Assembly (NCBI GenBank): GCA_000437395.1
Contig: FR898169.1
Span: 85 to 64,084 of the forward strand
Length of the DNA stretch: 64,000 nucleotides
Source: Clostridium sp. CAG:288
GTDB taxonomy: Bacteria; Bacillota_I; Bacilli_A; RFN20; CAG-288
Reading direction: 5' to 3'
The notes below the pieces were generated by a model, which saw only the letters and a program-made list of their open reading frames with translations, was not told the origin of the DNA and searched no databases. This document shows positions 55,403-64,000 of this stretch, piece by piece; position 1 is the stretch's first letter; each line of letters opens with the position of its first letter. The position numbers and the translations under genes were made by a program.

Positions 55403-56053
55403 ATGGAAACACTTATTTGGATTTTAACAGCAATTGGATTAGGTGCTGGACTTGCTATGGATGCATGTGCTGTATCGATGAGTAACGGATTAGCTGAACC
55501 AAAAATGAAATTAGGAAAAATATTTACTATTGCTGGATTCTTCGGAGTATTCCAAATAATAATGCCAATCTTTGGATATTTAGCTGTAACTGTCTTAAGT
55601 GCAACTCTCGGTGAAAACTTTACTAGAATATTCGGATATTTAGTTCCATGGATTGCTCTAACTTTACTTTTAATATTAGGTATCAAAATGATTGTTGAGG
55701 GTATCAAAGAAGGCAAAGATAGTAATAAAGAAAACGAAGAATCAGTAAAAAAATTAACAATTGGTGGTCTTTTTGTTCAAGCAATTGCCACTTCTATAGA
55801 CGCTTTAAGTGTCGGTGTTATTTATGGTAACGTCATTCCACTTGAAGCTTATACAACTTTCTTAATTATTGGCATCGTTACTTTTGGAATAAGTGTTGCT
55901 GCTGTCTTTATTGGCAAGAAATTTGGTACCATTTTCTCCAATAAGGCCACAATAGCTGGTGGTATTATCCTTTGTGCTATTGGTCTTGAAATTTTCTTCT
56001 CCCACTGGAACGATGTAGTAGCAGGCATTAGTGCTTTGATAAAATTATTTTAG
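55403..56053 (+). CDS. mntP: Manganese efflux pump MntP
   Basis: METLIWILTAIGLGAGLAMDACAVSMSNGL with a two-repeat DUF204 architecture. Confidence 0.85.
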   Translation: METLIWILTAIGLGAGLAMDACAVSMSNGLAEPKMKLGKIFTIAGFFGVFQIIMPIFGYLAVTVLSATLGENFTRIFGYLVPWIALTLLLILGIKMIVEGIKEGKDSNKENEESVKKLTIGGLFVQAIATSIDALSVGVIYGNVIPLEAYTTFLIIGIVTFGISVAAVFIGKKFGTIFSNKATIAGGIILCAIGLEIFFSHWNDVVAGISALIKLF

Positions 56054-56065
56054 GAGGTTTTTCTT

Positions 56066-57136
56066 ATGACACTTACGTTTGTCGATTCATGGCCAATTTA
56101 TCTACAATCAATTACCTTTGTTGTAGCATTAATTATTGGTATTATTTGTTTAGTCAAGTTTTGTGACATCTTTGTCGATGCTTCAAGTACAATTGCTAAA
56201 AAACTTCATATTCCAGAGTTAATAATCGGTTTAACTGTTGTAGCAATTGGTACAAGCTGCCCTGAACTTGCTGTTTCCGTATCAGACTCTATTACTTCAC
56301 TTTTAGAGCATAGCAATGCTAACGTTGCTATTGGTAATGTAATTGGCAGCAATACTTGTAATCTTTTATTAGTATTAGGTTTTTCTGCTGTCTTTACTCC
56401 TATCGTTGTTAAAAAATCAGTATGTAAACGTGAATATCCATTTTTATTAGGAGTATCAGCTCTTTCAGTTTTATTTGTCGTTTTATTTGGAACTGGATCA
56501 TCTATAACAGGCAACTATGCTATTTTAAGATGGGAAGCAATTATCTTAGTAGTTCTCATGTTTGTTTATATTTGGTTCTTAATTCACAATGCTAAAAAGC
56601 ATCCAGAAGATAAACTAGATGAAAAAGAAACTGAGCTTGCTGAAACAAAAGAAAAAGATATGAAATTATGGGTAGCAATCGTATTAGTAATAGTTGGTGC
56701 TGCAGGCATTATATTCGGCGGTGAAGCTGTTGTCTTTGGTGCCAAGGGATTAGCCTTACAAGTTTCTGATGCTGCTCATTTAAATCACGACTTAGCTGAA
56801 TCCTTAGTTGGATTAACAATAGTTGCAGTTGGTACTTCTTTACCTGAATTAGTTACAAGTGTTGTAGCTGCTAAAAAAGGTCAAAACGAATTAGCTTTAG
56901 GAAACGTTATCGGTTCTAACATATTTAATATTCTATTTGTATTAGGTATTGCTGGCACTGTTAACCCACTTACAACAGGCTCACAAGTTATTATCGATGC
57001 TATTGTAATGATGGTAGCAACTGTAGTTGTATTCGGATTTGCTCTAACTGGTAAAATAAAACGTTCTGGTGGTATTTCACTTTTAGTCATGTATGCTGCT
57101 TATCTAACTTACTTAATTGTTAGAACAGTAATGTAA
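56066..57136 (+). CDS. CaCA-family cation antiporter (YrbG-like sodium/calcium exchanger)
   Basis: Two alpha-repeats: GTSCPELAVSVSD and GTSLPELVTSVVAAKKG, each followed by GNVIGSN. Confidence 0.8.
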   Translation: MTLTFVDSWPIYLQSITFVVALIIGIICLVKFCDIFVDASSTIAKKLHIPELIIGLTVVAIGTSCPELAVSVSDSITSLLEHSNANVAIGNVIGSNTCNLLLVLGFSAVFTPIVVKKSVCKREYPFLLGVSALSVLFVVLFGTGSSITGNYAILRWEAIILVVLMFVYIWFLIHNAKKHPEDKLDEKETELAETKEKDMKLWVAIVLVIVGAAGIIFGGEAVVFGAKGLALQVSDAAHLNHDLAESLVGLTIVAVGTSLPELVTSVVAAKKGQNELALGNVIGSNIFNILFVLGIAGTVNPLTTGSQVIIDAIVMMVATVVVFGFALTGKIKRSGGISLLVMYAAYLTYLIVRTVM

Positions 57137-57145
57137 TAAATTAAG

Positions 57146-57190
57146 ACAAAAAAATATCTAATTTGATCTATTGGTCAAATTAGATATTTT
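57146..57190. terminator. Bidirectional terminator between the convergent antiporter gene and the 117-aa gene
   Basis: 15-bp perfect stem AAATATCTAATTTGA/TCAAATTAGATATTT with an A tract before and a T tract after. Confidence 0.65.
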
Positions 57191-57194
57191 TATT

Positions 57195-57548
57195 TTATTC
57201 AGCTTTATCTTCTTCGCTTAAGAGAGCTTTCATTCTTTCATCACGTCTAGCTTTCTTAGCCTTAATAGCATCATACTTGTTAGCATAATAATATAAAATC
57301 CAAATGATAAATATCATAGCTATAACAAGAATTGCTGAACCTAAGACTCTGAAATCAACTATACCTTTCATGCCTAAGAATGAAGCAAATGATTTTTGAG
57401 CTTGATATAATGGGTTGTCTTTTGTTGCAACTGGAGCATTAAAAGCAACCATTCCAAGAATTGCTAAAATGAAACCAAAGAGCCAAATAGCGCCAAAAAC
57501 CGAAAGAAGAGATATTTCCCAAACTTTTGATTTTTTCTCTTTTGTCAT
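57195..57548 (-). CDS. Small two-TM membrane protein with a Lys/Arg/Glu-rich C-terminal tail (117 aa), unknown function
   Basis: The start overlaps the upstream stop (TAATG). No recognised domain. Confidence 0.45.
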   Translation of the reverse strand: MTKEKKSKVWEISLLSVFGAIWLFGFILAILGMVAFNAPVATKDNPLYQAQKSFASFLGMKGIVDFRVLGSAILVIAMIFIIWILYYYANKYDAIKAKKARRDERMKALLSEEDKAE

Positions 57549-58462
57549 TATTTAGCTTCTCCTTCGTTTTTAGCAGCCATCATCTTTTCTTCAAATTCTC
57601 TTAAAGATTGGAATAATGGATTGAAAACATTAAACCATGCTTGTCTATATTCTTCAATATATGGAACAACTGTATCTTCGAGATCTTTTAATGCAGCTTG
57701 CATTGTTTGACCTGGAAGAAGTTTTCTTGTTCCATCATATAAGTGAATCTTATTTTCGCATTCTTCTAATAAAGATGTAAATTGAGGATCGAATTCGCCT
57801 GAGTGGTTGTGAGTTTTAACAAAACGGAAGAAACCAATTAATTGATTCATTTCGTTTGTAATAAACTTAACTGATGGATCTACAGTAGGATTGAAATCTG
57901 GCTTTGTACGTGGATCAACGCCTGTAGCCTTAATTGCGCCTTCAACATATGACTTAACTGCATTGTTGAATTCTGTGAATTTAGCGTTAGAATTAACTAA
58001 AATTGTTCTAATAGCTAAAGATCTATAGAAACGATCAGAGACATCTAATAACTTAGAATAATCGTCTTCTAACTTTCCATCTTTTTCAAATTGATTTTTA
58101 AAGCCTCTACAAATATCGCTAAATGTTTCGTGTAATCCAATAATATAGTCTAATAATTGGATTGTTAAGCTTTGTTCAACTGAAACTTGGTCATGGTCGA
58201 TTTTGACAATTCTAGAATCATCGCCATAAACATCATCAAAGAATTCGTGGACTTGTGTCTTAATCTTTGCACCAGTTTCTCCATTGTTTTTGCAGAAGAA
58301 TTCAATTGGTGAATTTTCTTCTAAAAGGTGTGCAAGCATTGTCTTTCTATTGTTATAATTTTCAACAGCTAATTTTGCATTTGGAATTGCATATTCAAGA
58401 CTATCTCTAATAATAAGTGTAACATTATAGAAAGCTAATGCATATCTTGTTTCTTGGTTCAT
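57548..58462 (-). CDS. Unknown 304-aa soluble protein, translationally coupled to the 117-aa membrane protein
   Basis: RBS GGAGGAAAATAC. No recognised domain. Confidence 0.5.
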   Translation of the reverse strand: MNQETRYALAFYNVTLIIRDSLEYAIPNAKLAVENYNNRKTMLAHLLEENSPIEFFCKNNGETGAKIKTQVHEFFDDVYGDDSRIVKIDHDQVSVEQSLTIQLLDYIIGLHETFSDICRGFKNQFEKDGKLEDDYSKLLDVSDRFYRSLAIRTILVNSNAKFTEFNNAVKSYVEGAIKATGVDPRTKPDFNPTVDPSVKFITNEMNQLIGFFRFVKTHNHSGEFDPQFTSLLEECENKIHLYDGTRKLLPGQTMQAALKDLEDTVVPYIEEYRQAWFNVFNPLFQSLREFEEKMMAAKNEGEAK

Positions 58463-58546
58463 AAATAAAAGTATTTTCCTCCATACAAAGCATATTATAA
58501 CATACTTTTGTTATAACACTAATAATAAATTAAGTATAAACTATTT

Positions 58547-59386
58547 TTATATTTTATCAATATAATCTTTTAAATTATAGACTCTTTTAACGATATATTT
58601 GGCCTGATTTTTTATTTCTTGTTCAGAATGTTCCATACAGAATGAATTTTCAAAATTTTTAAACATTACAAGGTCATTTCCAGAATCGCCAACAACTGCC
58701 ACTTCACTTTTATCAATTCCTAAGTTATTGATATATTCACTTAGACCAACAGCCTTGTTCATGCCTAGCGCAGTCATTTCAAGAGAGTTATCAGTACAAC
58801 AAACAGTTATTTTATCTTTATACAAGTCATTAATTGCCATAAATGCTTGTTTTGCTTTCACGTAGCTAGATTTGCCTAATCCAAATATTGGCATTAACTT
58901 AAAGTTTTTTCCTTCAGCTAATTTTTTAACAAATTTCTTTTCACCGAATATTAATTTTTCTTTATATACGCCCAAAGTTAAATTATAAATTTTAGAAACT
59001 GTTAAAAGCGCTGATGAAATTCCGCTTGCAATAGAGACGTAAAGCGCAGGTGTATTGTCAAATAAAAACCAGGCAATGATGCCAAAGTTATTTTTTAATT
59101 TGTTATAAACTTCTAAGCAAACATCATTTGGCAAAGGATGTTCGTCTTTAAGTTGTCCATCTTCTATTAAGAAAGATCCATTGCAACCTAAAAGTGAAAT
59201 GCTATGCCCTACCTTTTTTTCAACTTTTGGTAAAACAGCTGCATTTCTTCCACTAACTAAAACAACTTTACCGCCATTATCTATAAATTCTTTTAAGAAT
59301 TTGCGATTTTCTTTTGACAAGACAGTAATTCTTTTTTTAGGATAGAAAAGCGTTCCATCTAAATCTGTTGCAATTAACTTTATCAT
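58547..59386 (-). CDS. Cof-type HAD-IIB phosphatase (second copy in the window)
   Basis: TDLDGTLFYP and GDSGNDLVMF. Confidence 0.8.
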   Translation of the reverse strand: MIKLIATDLDGTLFYPKKRITVLSKENRKFLKEFIDNGGKVVLVSGRNAAVLPKVEKKVGHSISLLGCNGSFLIEDGQLKDEHPLPNDVCLEVYNKLKNNFGIIAWFLFDNTPALYVSIASGISSALLTVSKIYNLTLGVYKEKLIFGEKKFVKKLAEGKNFKLMPIFGLGKSSYVKAKQAFMAINDLYKDKITVCCTDNSLEMTALGMNKAVGLSEYINNLGIDKSEVAVVGDSGNDLVMFKNFENSFCMEHSEQEIKNQAKYIVKRVYNLKDYIDKI

Positions 59387-59455
59387 ATGCTTATTTGCTC
59401 CATTGATAATTATAGCATATAAAAAAGAAATAAAACATTTTTAATTTATCATTAT

Positions 59456-60169
59456 TTACTTAATTATACAAAGCAGTGAATTTTCTCTATTTTTTATACT
59501 TATTTTAATGTCAAATTCCTTAGCTAACACTATTGCATCATAACTTATAGGCATTTTATTTAATAAAGCTTTTTCTAAAGCTTTTTCATATGATATTTCA
59601 TTAATAAACTTGTTTTCTAATAAAACATTATCTTTTTCATCTTTCACACCGTCGATATCCTTAATAAAATCGACATTTTTTACTCCTAAATACTTTGCAT
59701 ATAAAATTGCACTCAAATCAGAATTTTCTCTACCTAATGTTGTAGAATGATAAAATTCATCCCTTGCTATAAACCCTGGAACAACAACACAATCGTAATT
59801 TGAAATATACTTTAAAATATAGCTATAATCAAATCTAACAAATTTAGCTTTTGTAAAATTTGAGTTAGAAACTATCGCTGCTTCTTCAATTCCTAAAGAA
59901 ACACTTTTTTTATTCAAAGATAACAATAAACTAGATATTTTAATTGCTGAATATGTTTCACCTAAAGCCATTATTCTATCTTTTTCCTTTAAAGTTATTT
60001 GTTCATTTAAATTATTTAACAATCCATCTGTAGAAAGTAAAAATGGGTATCGACCAATAGCCGAGACAACTATTAAAGATTTATCGTTAAGTGTAGACAA
60101 AAAAATGGGTTCACTTAGTTCTTTATAAACTACTGTTCCACCCATTTTTATTATTCTCATATCCATCAA
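59456..60169 (-). CDS. Amino-acid kinase family protein resembling the aspartokinase catalytic domain, with no ACT regulatory domains
   Basis: MRIIKMGGTVV (compare KFGGTSV) and GFIARDEFYHSTTLGRENSDLSAILYAKYLG (compare TTLGRGGSDYTA). Confidence 0.5.
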   Translation of the reverse strand: MMDMRIIKMGGTVVYKELSEPIFLSTLNDKSLIVVSAIGRYPFLLSTDGLLNNLNEQITLKEKDRIMALGETYSAIKISSLLLSLNKKSVSLGIEEAAIVSNSNFTKAKFVRFDYSYILKYISNYDCVVVPGFIARDEFYHSTTLGRENSDLSAILYAKYLGVKNVDFIKDIDGVKDEKDNVLLENKFINEISYEKALEKALLNKMPISYDAIVLAKEFDIKISIKNRENSLLCIIK

Positions 60170-60194
60170 TTAATAATATGAAGAAAAATTATAT

Positions 60195-61508
60195 TTATTC
60201 TCCTATAACTCTAATTTCAGATACAATATCGTAATTTAAATTGTATTTTTTCTTATCTTTAACTTGCAAAACATCTTTTAGAGAATCTGGGACATAATAA
60301 ATCTCTTTTTCTCCTTCTTTAACTATATAAAAAGCCACAGCGTTTTGCTTAAATTTCTTATTTAATTTAGCTAATAATTCTTGAGCTTCATCAATTGATT
60401 TTGTATTAGTTAAAGCTGTTGAATACATATCACCATAAGTTGAATTGTCAGTAAATACAGATACAGCATCAAAAGTGGTTTCTGAATATCCTGTTTGAGG
60501 ATTTACGATATGTGATCTAATTTTACCAGTTTGATATGACTGATAGTAGTTGTTGTAATATCCAGAAGTAGAAAAATTGAAATTTCCACCTTTTCTAAAA
60601 TATACTTCAGCCGAATTCACTTTAAAATAACTTCCAACTAAATAAGAGTCGAATAAAATAGACATTTTCTCATTAAACTTTGGATTAGCAATTTCTAAAG
60701 ACCAAGGCTCTTGTCCTTTTTTAAATTTATTAGTCTTAACTGATGATTGACCTGCGTTAATTAAAATACTATAGTCACTATAATTATCAATAAATAAATC
60801 GACAGCTCTTCCTTTACCAACAGCTCCAAATGTTAACTCGGCTTTATTGTCTTTACCATCACAACCGCCAAACGATTTGAAAGTTACTGTTTTATTTTTA
60901 GAATCTAAAACCAATACTTCATCAATAATATCCGCAGAAGGAGTACAAGTTGTAGCTTTTTGAATAACGTCATCAGCTGGATCGTGATATATCAATCTTC
61001 CGGCGGCATAACTTTCTTGAGAATAACTATCTGAAGATTTAGCCTGCGTTATTTGATTTGCCCATAATGTTGCTAATTTTCCAGAAGCGATATTAAATAA
61101 ACCATTTGTTTCTTTAGTAAACTCTATAGCTTCTTTTAAAGTTTCAAATAAAATATCATCTACTTTTATGGCTTCATTCGTTCCATAACTATCGTTAATA
61201 GTTTTAACATTATTAATCTTTTCACCATCAATTGTATAAGAATAATATCTGTCAAATAATGCGTGATATTTTTTAATTAGAAAATCAAAATCTTGTGAAA
61301 ATGTAATCGCATTACTTGGCGATGAATAAAGTTGAAGAAGAATTTGAGTATCAAAAGGAGAAACATATATAGAATCAACAACTCTTACTCTTCCAGTATC
61401 AGAAGTAATATTGTTAACGCTAAATTGTTTAAAATAACTATCTTCTTTTTCACAACTAGTTAAAAGTAATGGGACGATAGCAGATAATAAAAGTAACTTT
61501 CTCTTCAT
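60195..61508 (-). CDS. apbE: FAD:protein FMN transferase (ApbE/Ftp family) lipoprotein
   Basis: Lipobox LLLTSCEKE. ApbE motifs GAVGKGRAVD, STSGYYNNYY and HIVNPQTG. Confidence 0.65.
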   Translation of the reverse strand: MKRKLLLLSAIVPLLLTSCEKEDSYFKQFSVNNITSDTGRVRVVDSIYVSPFDTQILLQLYSSPSNAITFSQDFDFLIKKYHALFDRYYSYTIDGEKINNVKTINDSYGTNEAIKVDDILFETLKEAIEFTKETNGLFNIASGKLATLWANQITQAKSSDSYSQESYAAGRLIYHDPADDVIQKATTCTPSADIIDEVLVLDSKNKTVTFKSFGGCDGKDNKAELTFGAVGKGRAVDLFIDNYSDYSILINAGQSSVKTNKFKKGQEPWSLEIANPKFNEKMSILFDSYLVGSYFKVNSAEVYFRKGGNFNFSTSGYYNNYYQSYQTGKIRSHIVNPQTGYSETTFDAVSVFTDNSTYGDMYSTALTNTKSIDEAQELLAKLNKKFKQNAVAFYIVKEGEKEIYYVPDSLKDVLQVKDKKKYNLNYDIVSEIRVIGE

Positions 61509-61551
61509 ATTTTCTCCTTTTTATCAGTAAATTTTATCACAAATTTACGTA

Positions 61552-61578
61552 TTATAAAACCCACCTTTTTAGGTGGGT
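61552..61578 (-). terminator. hpf terminator
   Basis: ACCCACCT-TTTT-AGGTGGGT, followed on the minus strand by TTTATAA. Confidence 0.6.
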
Positions 61579-61584
61579 ATTTAG

Positions 61585-62127
61585 TTATTCTTCTTCGTTA
61601 ATCTCAATTACGCCATAACCTTCATCTTGTCTGACGTAAAGAACATTAATTTTTCCTGTTGCAGAATCGAGATAAATAAAGAATGAGTGATCCAAAGCTT
61701 CCATTCTTGTTAAAGCTTCATCGAGATCCATTGGTGTAAGGTCTAACTTCTTTCTCTTAACAATTTCTTCAGCTGATGGGACATCTTCTTCTTTAAGTAA
61801 GTCCATTCTAATATTTTCTGTTAATGATTTCTTCTTGTTGCGGTCAACTAAAGTTTTCATTTTTCTCATTTGACCTTCAAGCTTGTCAATTGCTAAGTCC
61901 AAAGCAGCGTAGACATCGTTATTTGTTACCTTTGCTCTTAAATTCATATTTGTGGTAACAATTGCAATTTCAATTGTTTGATCGTGATGGCCTGTAGAAA
62001 TAGTTGCTGTACATTTAACTTCATCTGAGCCATCGAAATAACGTTCGATTCTGCTCATTTTCTTTAATACAGCATTCTCCATAGCCTTTGTAATTGTGAC
62101 ATTTCTGCCAATGATTTGATATTTCAT
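61585..62127 (-). CDS. hpf: Ribosome hibernation promoting factor (long HPF)
   Basis: MKYQIIGRNVTITKAMENAVLKKMSRIERYF with a C-terminal dimerisation domain. RBS AGGAG 8 nt upstream; the ORF extends to 62166. Confidence 0.85.
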   Translation of the reverse strand: MKYQIIGRNVTITKAMENAVLKKMSRIERYFDGSDEVKCTATISTGHHDQTIEIAIVTTNMNLRAKVTNNDVYAALDLAIDKLEGQMRKMKTLVDRNKKKSLTENIRMDLLKEEDVPSAEEIVKRKKLDLTPMDLDEALTRMEALDHSFFIYLDSATGKINVLYVRQDEGYGVIEINEEE

Positions 62128-62407
62128 ATCTGATTCTCCTTTCCAGATATCAATGGGTCTCCCCACTAATATTATGGCAAAAAAGGAAATAAAATGAAAG
62201 CGATATCATTATGCAAAATGATAGCTTCATTTATTTTTACAATTTGTATTTTTTGCCAATAAAATATCTTTTGTTTAGTATAACTCTTTTATATCAATTA
62301 TGCATGTTTCTCATGTAAATTATATTTTACACTCTTTGCCATTTGTCAAAATGATTAACTAAAAAAGACTACCATGCGTTAAATTTTGCATAATAGTCTA
62401 ATATTGA

Positions 62408-63277
62408 TTACTTAAGGTGAAGTAATAAAACTAATTCTCTTAAAACTTTACAAGCTACTGCTGTTGAAACACCGCTAGCATCATAATGTGGTGAAAGTTC
62501 AACCATATCAGCCCCAACAAGATTGTTAAGCTTTCTCATCTTTAAAATAGCATCTTGTAATTCCTTATAAGTGACACCGCCAGCCTCTGGAGTACCAGTA
62601 CCTGGGAAAACAGATGGATCTAAAACATCAAGATCAATTGTCAAATAGACTGGTTTATCCTTTAAAGCTTCGATGCATTCATCCAATCCATCAAAACTAA
62701 ACTTAGTTTGGTGAATATGAGTTTTAGCCCATTCAAATTCTGATCTATCGCCCGAACGGATACCAAATTGATATAAAGTACCACTTCCAAGCATATCGTA
62801 ACATTTTCTTAAAACTGTTGCGTGTGATAATTCACGACCTAAGAATTCTTCTCTTAAATCAGTGTGAGCATCAAAGTGGATAATGTTCAAATCTGGATAT
62901 TTTTTAATATATTCTCTTATTGTTCCATAAGTAACCAAGTGTTCTCCACCGATCATCATAGTCTTTTTGTTATCAGCAAGTATTTCTCTTGTTACCCTTG
63001 AAATTTCGTCAAGATCACCTTCGACGTCACCCATTGGTAAATCCAAATCACCAATATCACATGTCTTATAATCTTTTAAATCCATTTCCATGTATGGTGA
63101 ATACCATTCAAGGCCAATAGAATCAACTCTAATAGCTGGACCAGCAAATCTTGTTCCTGGTCTAAAAGAACATGTAGCGTCCATAGGACTTGAGAAGATG
63201 ACTACATCACTTTCGTCATACTCAGCATCACACGATTGGAAAACACTGAGGTTTCTGTTAAATTTGTTAGAAATCAT
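62408..63277 (-). CDS. speB: Agmatinase (arginase family)
   Basis: IGGEHLVTYG, FDAHTDLRE and TIDLDVLDPSVFPGTGTPEAGG. Confidence 0.85.
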   Translation of the reverse strand: MISNKFNRNLSVFQSCDAEYDESDVVIFSSPMDATCSFRPGTRFAGPAIRVDSIGLEWYSPYMEMDLKDYKTCDIGDLDLPMGDVEGDLDEISRVTREILADNKKTMMIGGEHLVTYGTIREYIKKYPDLNIIHFDAHTDLREEFLGRELSHATVLRKCYDMLGSGTLYQFGIRSGDRSEFEWAKTHIHQTKFSFDGLDECIEALKDKPVYLTIDLDVLDPSVFPGTGTPEAGGVTYKELQDAILKMRKLNNLVGADMVELSPHYDASGVSTAVACKVLRELVLLLHLK

Positions 63278-64000
63278 AATTTATTTCACTCCTTAAATAC
63301 CATTTTTCTTGATCGATTACTTTAATATATCCATCTGGTGAATCACTTAATAATACACCACCAGATTTTTCATAGAATTCTACTAAGTCTAATGCATCTT
63401 TGGTGATAATTTCACCAGGAATTGCAATTGGTATACCTGGTGGATAAACCATCAAAGATTCAGCTGAAATTTCTCCAACTGCATCTTCTAATGCAACTAT
63501 TTTAGAAGGAGCGTGGAAAGCTTCTCTAGGTCTAACGACAAGTTCAGGATACTCATATTTAAAGTGAGGCACCTTATGAACATCTGTCGAATCATAATAT
63601 TCATCAGAAATTCTTTTTAAAGCAGCAATAAGTTTATCGACGTGTTCTTTAGTTGTTCCTAAAGAAATAATGGCTAAAACTTCACTTACTTCGCCTAATT
63701 CCAATTGGATATTTGATTCTTTTCTTATTGTTTTATAAACATCAAAGCCAGATAATCCAACTTCCGAAACGTTTATAACAACCTTCGTAAGATCGAAGTC
63801 AAATCTTCCAGGTCTATCACAATAACTTTTATCTATGCAAGAATAACCTCTAATATTATTAATTTTTTCTCTAGCGTATTTAGCTAATTCTAATTCTTTA
63901 TCTAAAAGTTCTTTTCCCTCAAAAACCAATTTTTTTCTAGCAACGTCTAATGATGCTAGTAATAAATGGCTCGGGGAAGTTGATGAGAACATTGCAAATA
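63267..64000 (-). CDS. speA: Bacillus-type PLP-dependent arginine decarboxylase (Orn/Lys/Arg decarboxylase family), C-terminal part only; the gene continues beyond the window end
   Basis: The C-terminal decarboxylase domain lies upstream of, and overlapping, speB. The reading frame stays open to position 64000. Confidence 0.65.
   Translation of the reverse strand, partial: FAMFSSTSPSHLLLASLDVARKKLVFEGKELLDKELELAKYAREKINNIRGYSCIDKSYCDRPGRFDFDLTKVVINVSEVGLSGFDVYKTIRKESNIQLELGEVSEVLAIISLGTTKEHVDKLIAALKRISDEYYDSTDVHKVPHFKYEYPELVVRPREAFHAPSKIVALEDAVGEISAESLMVYPPGIPIAIPGEIITKDALDLVEFYEKSGGVLLSDSPDGYIKVIDQEKWYLRSEINYDF

Noticed and set aside
1-64000. CRISPR arrays, rRNA genes and intact prophage or integrase genes
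   Set aside because: No regularly spaced direct repeats, no rRNA-like conserved sequences, and no phage structural or integrase ORFs apart from the recombinase fragment at 27-719.
1-64000. Full Mycoplasma-type genetic code 4 (TGA read as Trp throughout)
   Set aside because: TGG is used abundantly for Trp, and ORFs of 6-7 kb are uninterrupted. Only two in-frame TGAs occur, so at most a partial or transitional reassignment or suppression is plausible, not wholesale code 4.

Overview
This 64-kb window comes from a low-GC (about 29-32% GC) Firmicute that looks Mollicutes/Acholeplasma- or Erysipelotrichia-like. The grounds are lipoprotein signals ending in VSSCG, LASCG or VTGC followed by Ser/Thr-rich linkers, an archaeal-type ProRS, and an apparently standard genetic code in which TGG is used for Trp. 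The first ~840 bp is about 50% GC and carries the 3' part of a large serine recombinase gene. It abuts the AT-rich host DNA 33 bp from the trmL stop, which points to a mobile-element end or a chimeric contig. The rest is mostly a housekeeping backbone on both strands: trmL, an M24 aminopeptidase, proS, tRNA-Ser, tRNA-Gly, tRNA-Ser, trpS, pgcA, an S41 protease, two divergent U32 peptidase genes, chorismate mutase, hpf, apbE and speA-speB. Two accessory blocks sit between. One is a roughly 19-kb, single-strand surface-protein locus at 15014-34294. It holds a 2144-aa Ig-repeat lipoprotein, two paralogous Big_2 lipoproteins, and a 2493-aa protein fusing a cell-envelope S8 subtilase with a PA insert, Big_2 domains, BspA-type LRRs and a C-terminal anchor, plus a small co-transcribed lipoprotein. 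The other is a metal-homeostasis island: divergent DtxR/MntR-family repressor, feoA-feoA-feoB and a 57-aa Cys-rich tail gene, with two GTTAG-N6-CTAAC palindromes on the feo promoter; then a candidate yybP-ykoY Mn2+ riboswitch upstream of mntP, followed by a CaCA antiporter. Other notable items are an SPFH plus zinc-ribbon triad (YdjI/YdjG/YdjH-like) with no pspA; a three-gene overlapping operon of unknown, mostly membrane proteins; and an orphan tRNA 3'-end fragment. Two conserved genes (YitT family and a tandem U32 peptidase) are each interrupted by a single in-frame TGA. The only TGA 'stops' elsewhere sit in ATGA overlaps, so partial TGA recoding or readthrough is a possibility to test. No CRISPR array, rRNA or intact prophage was seen.
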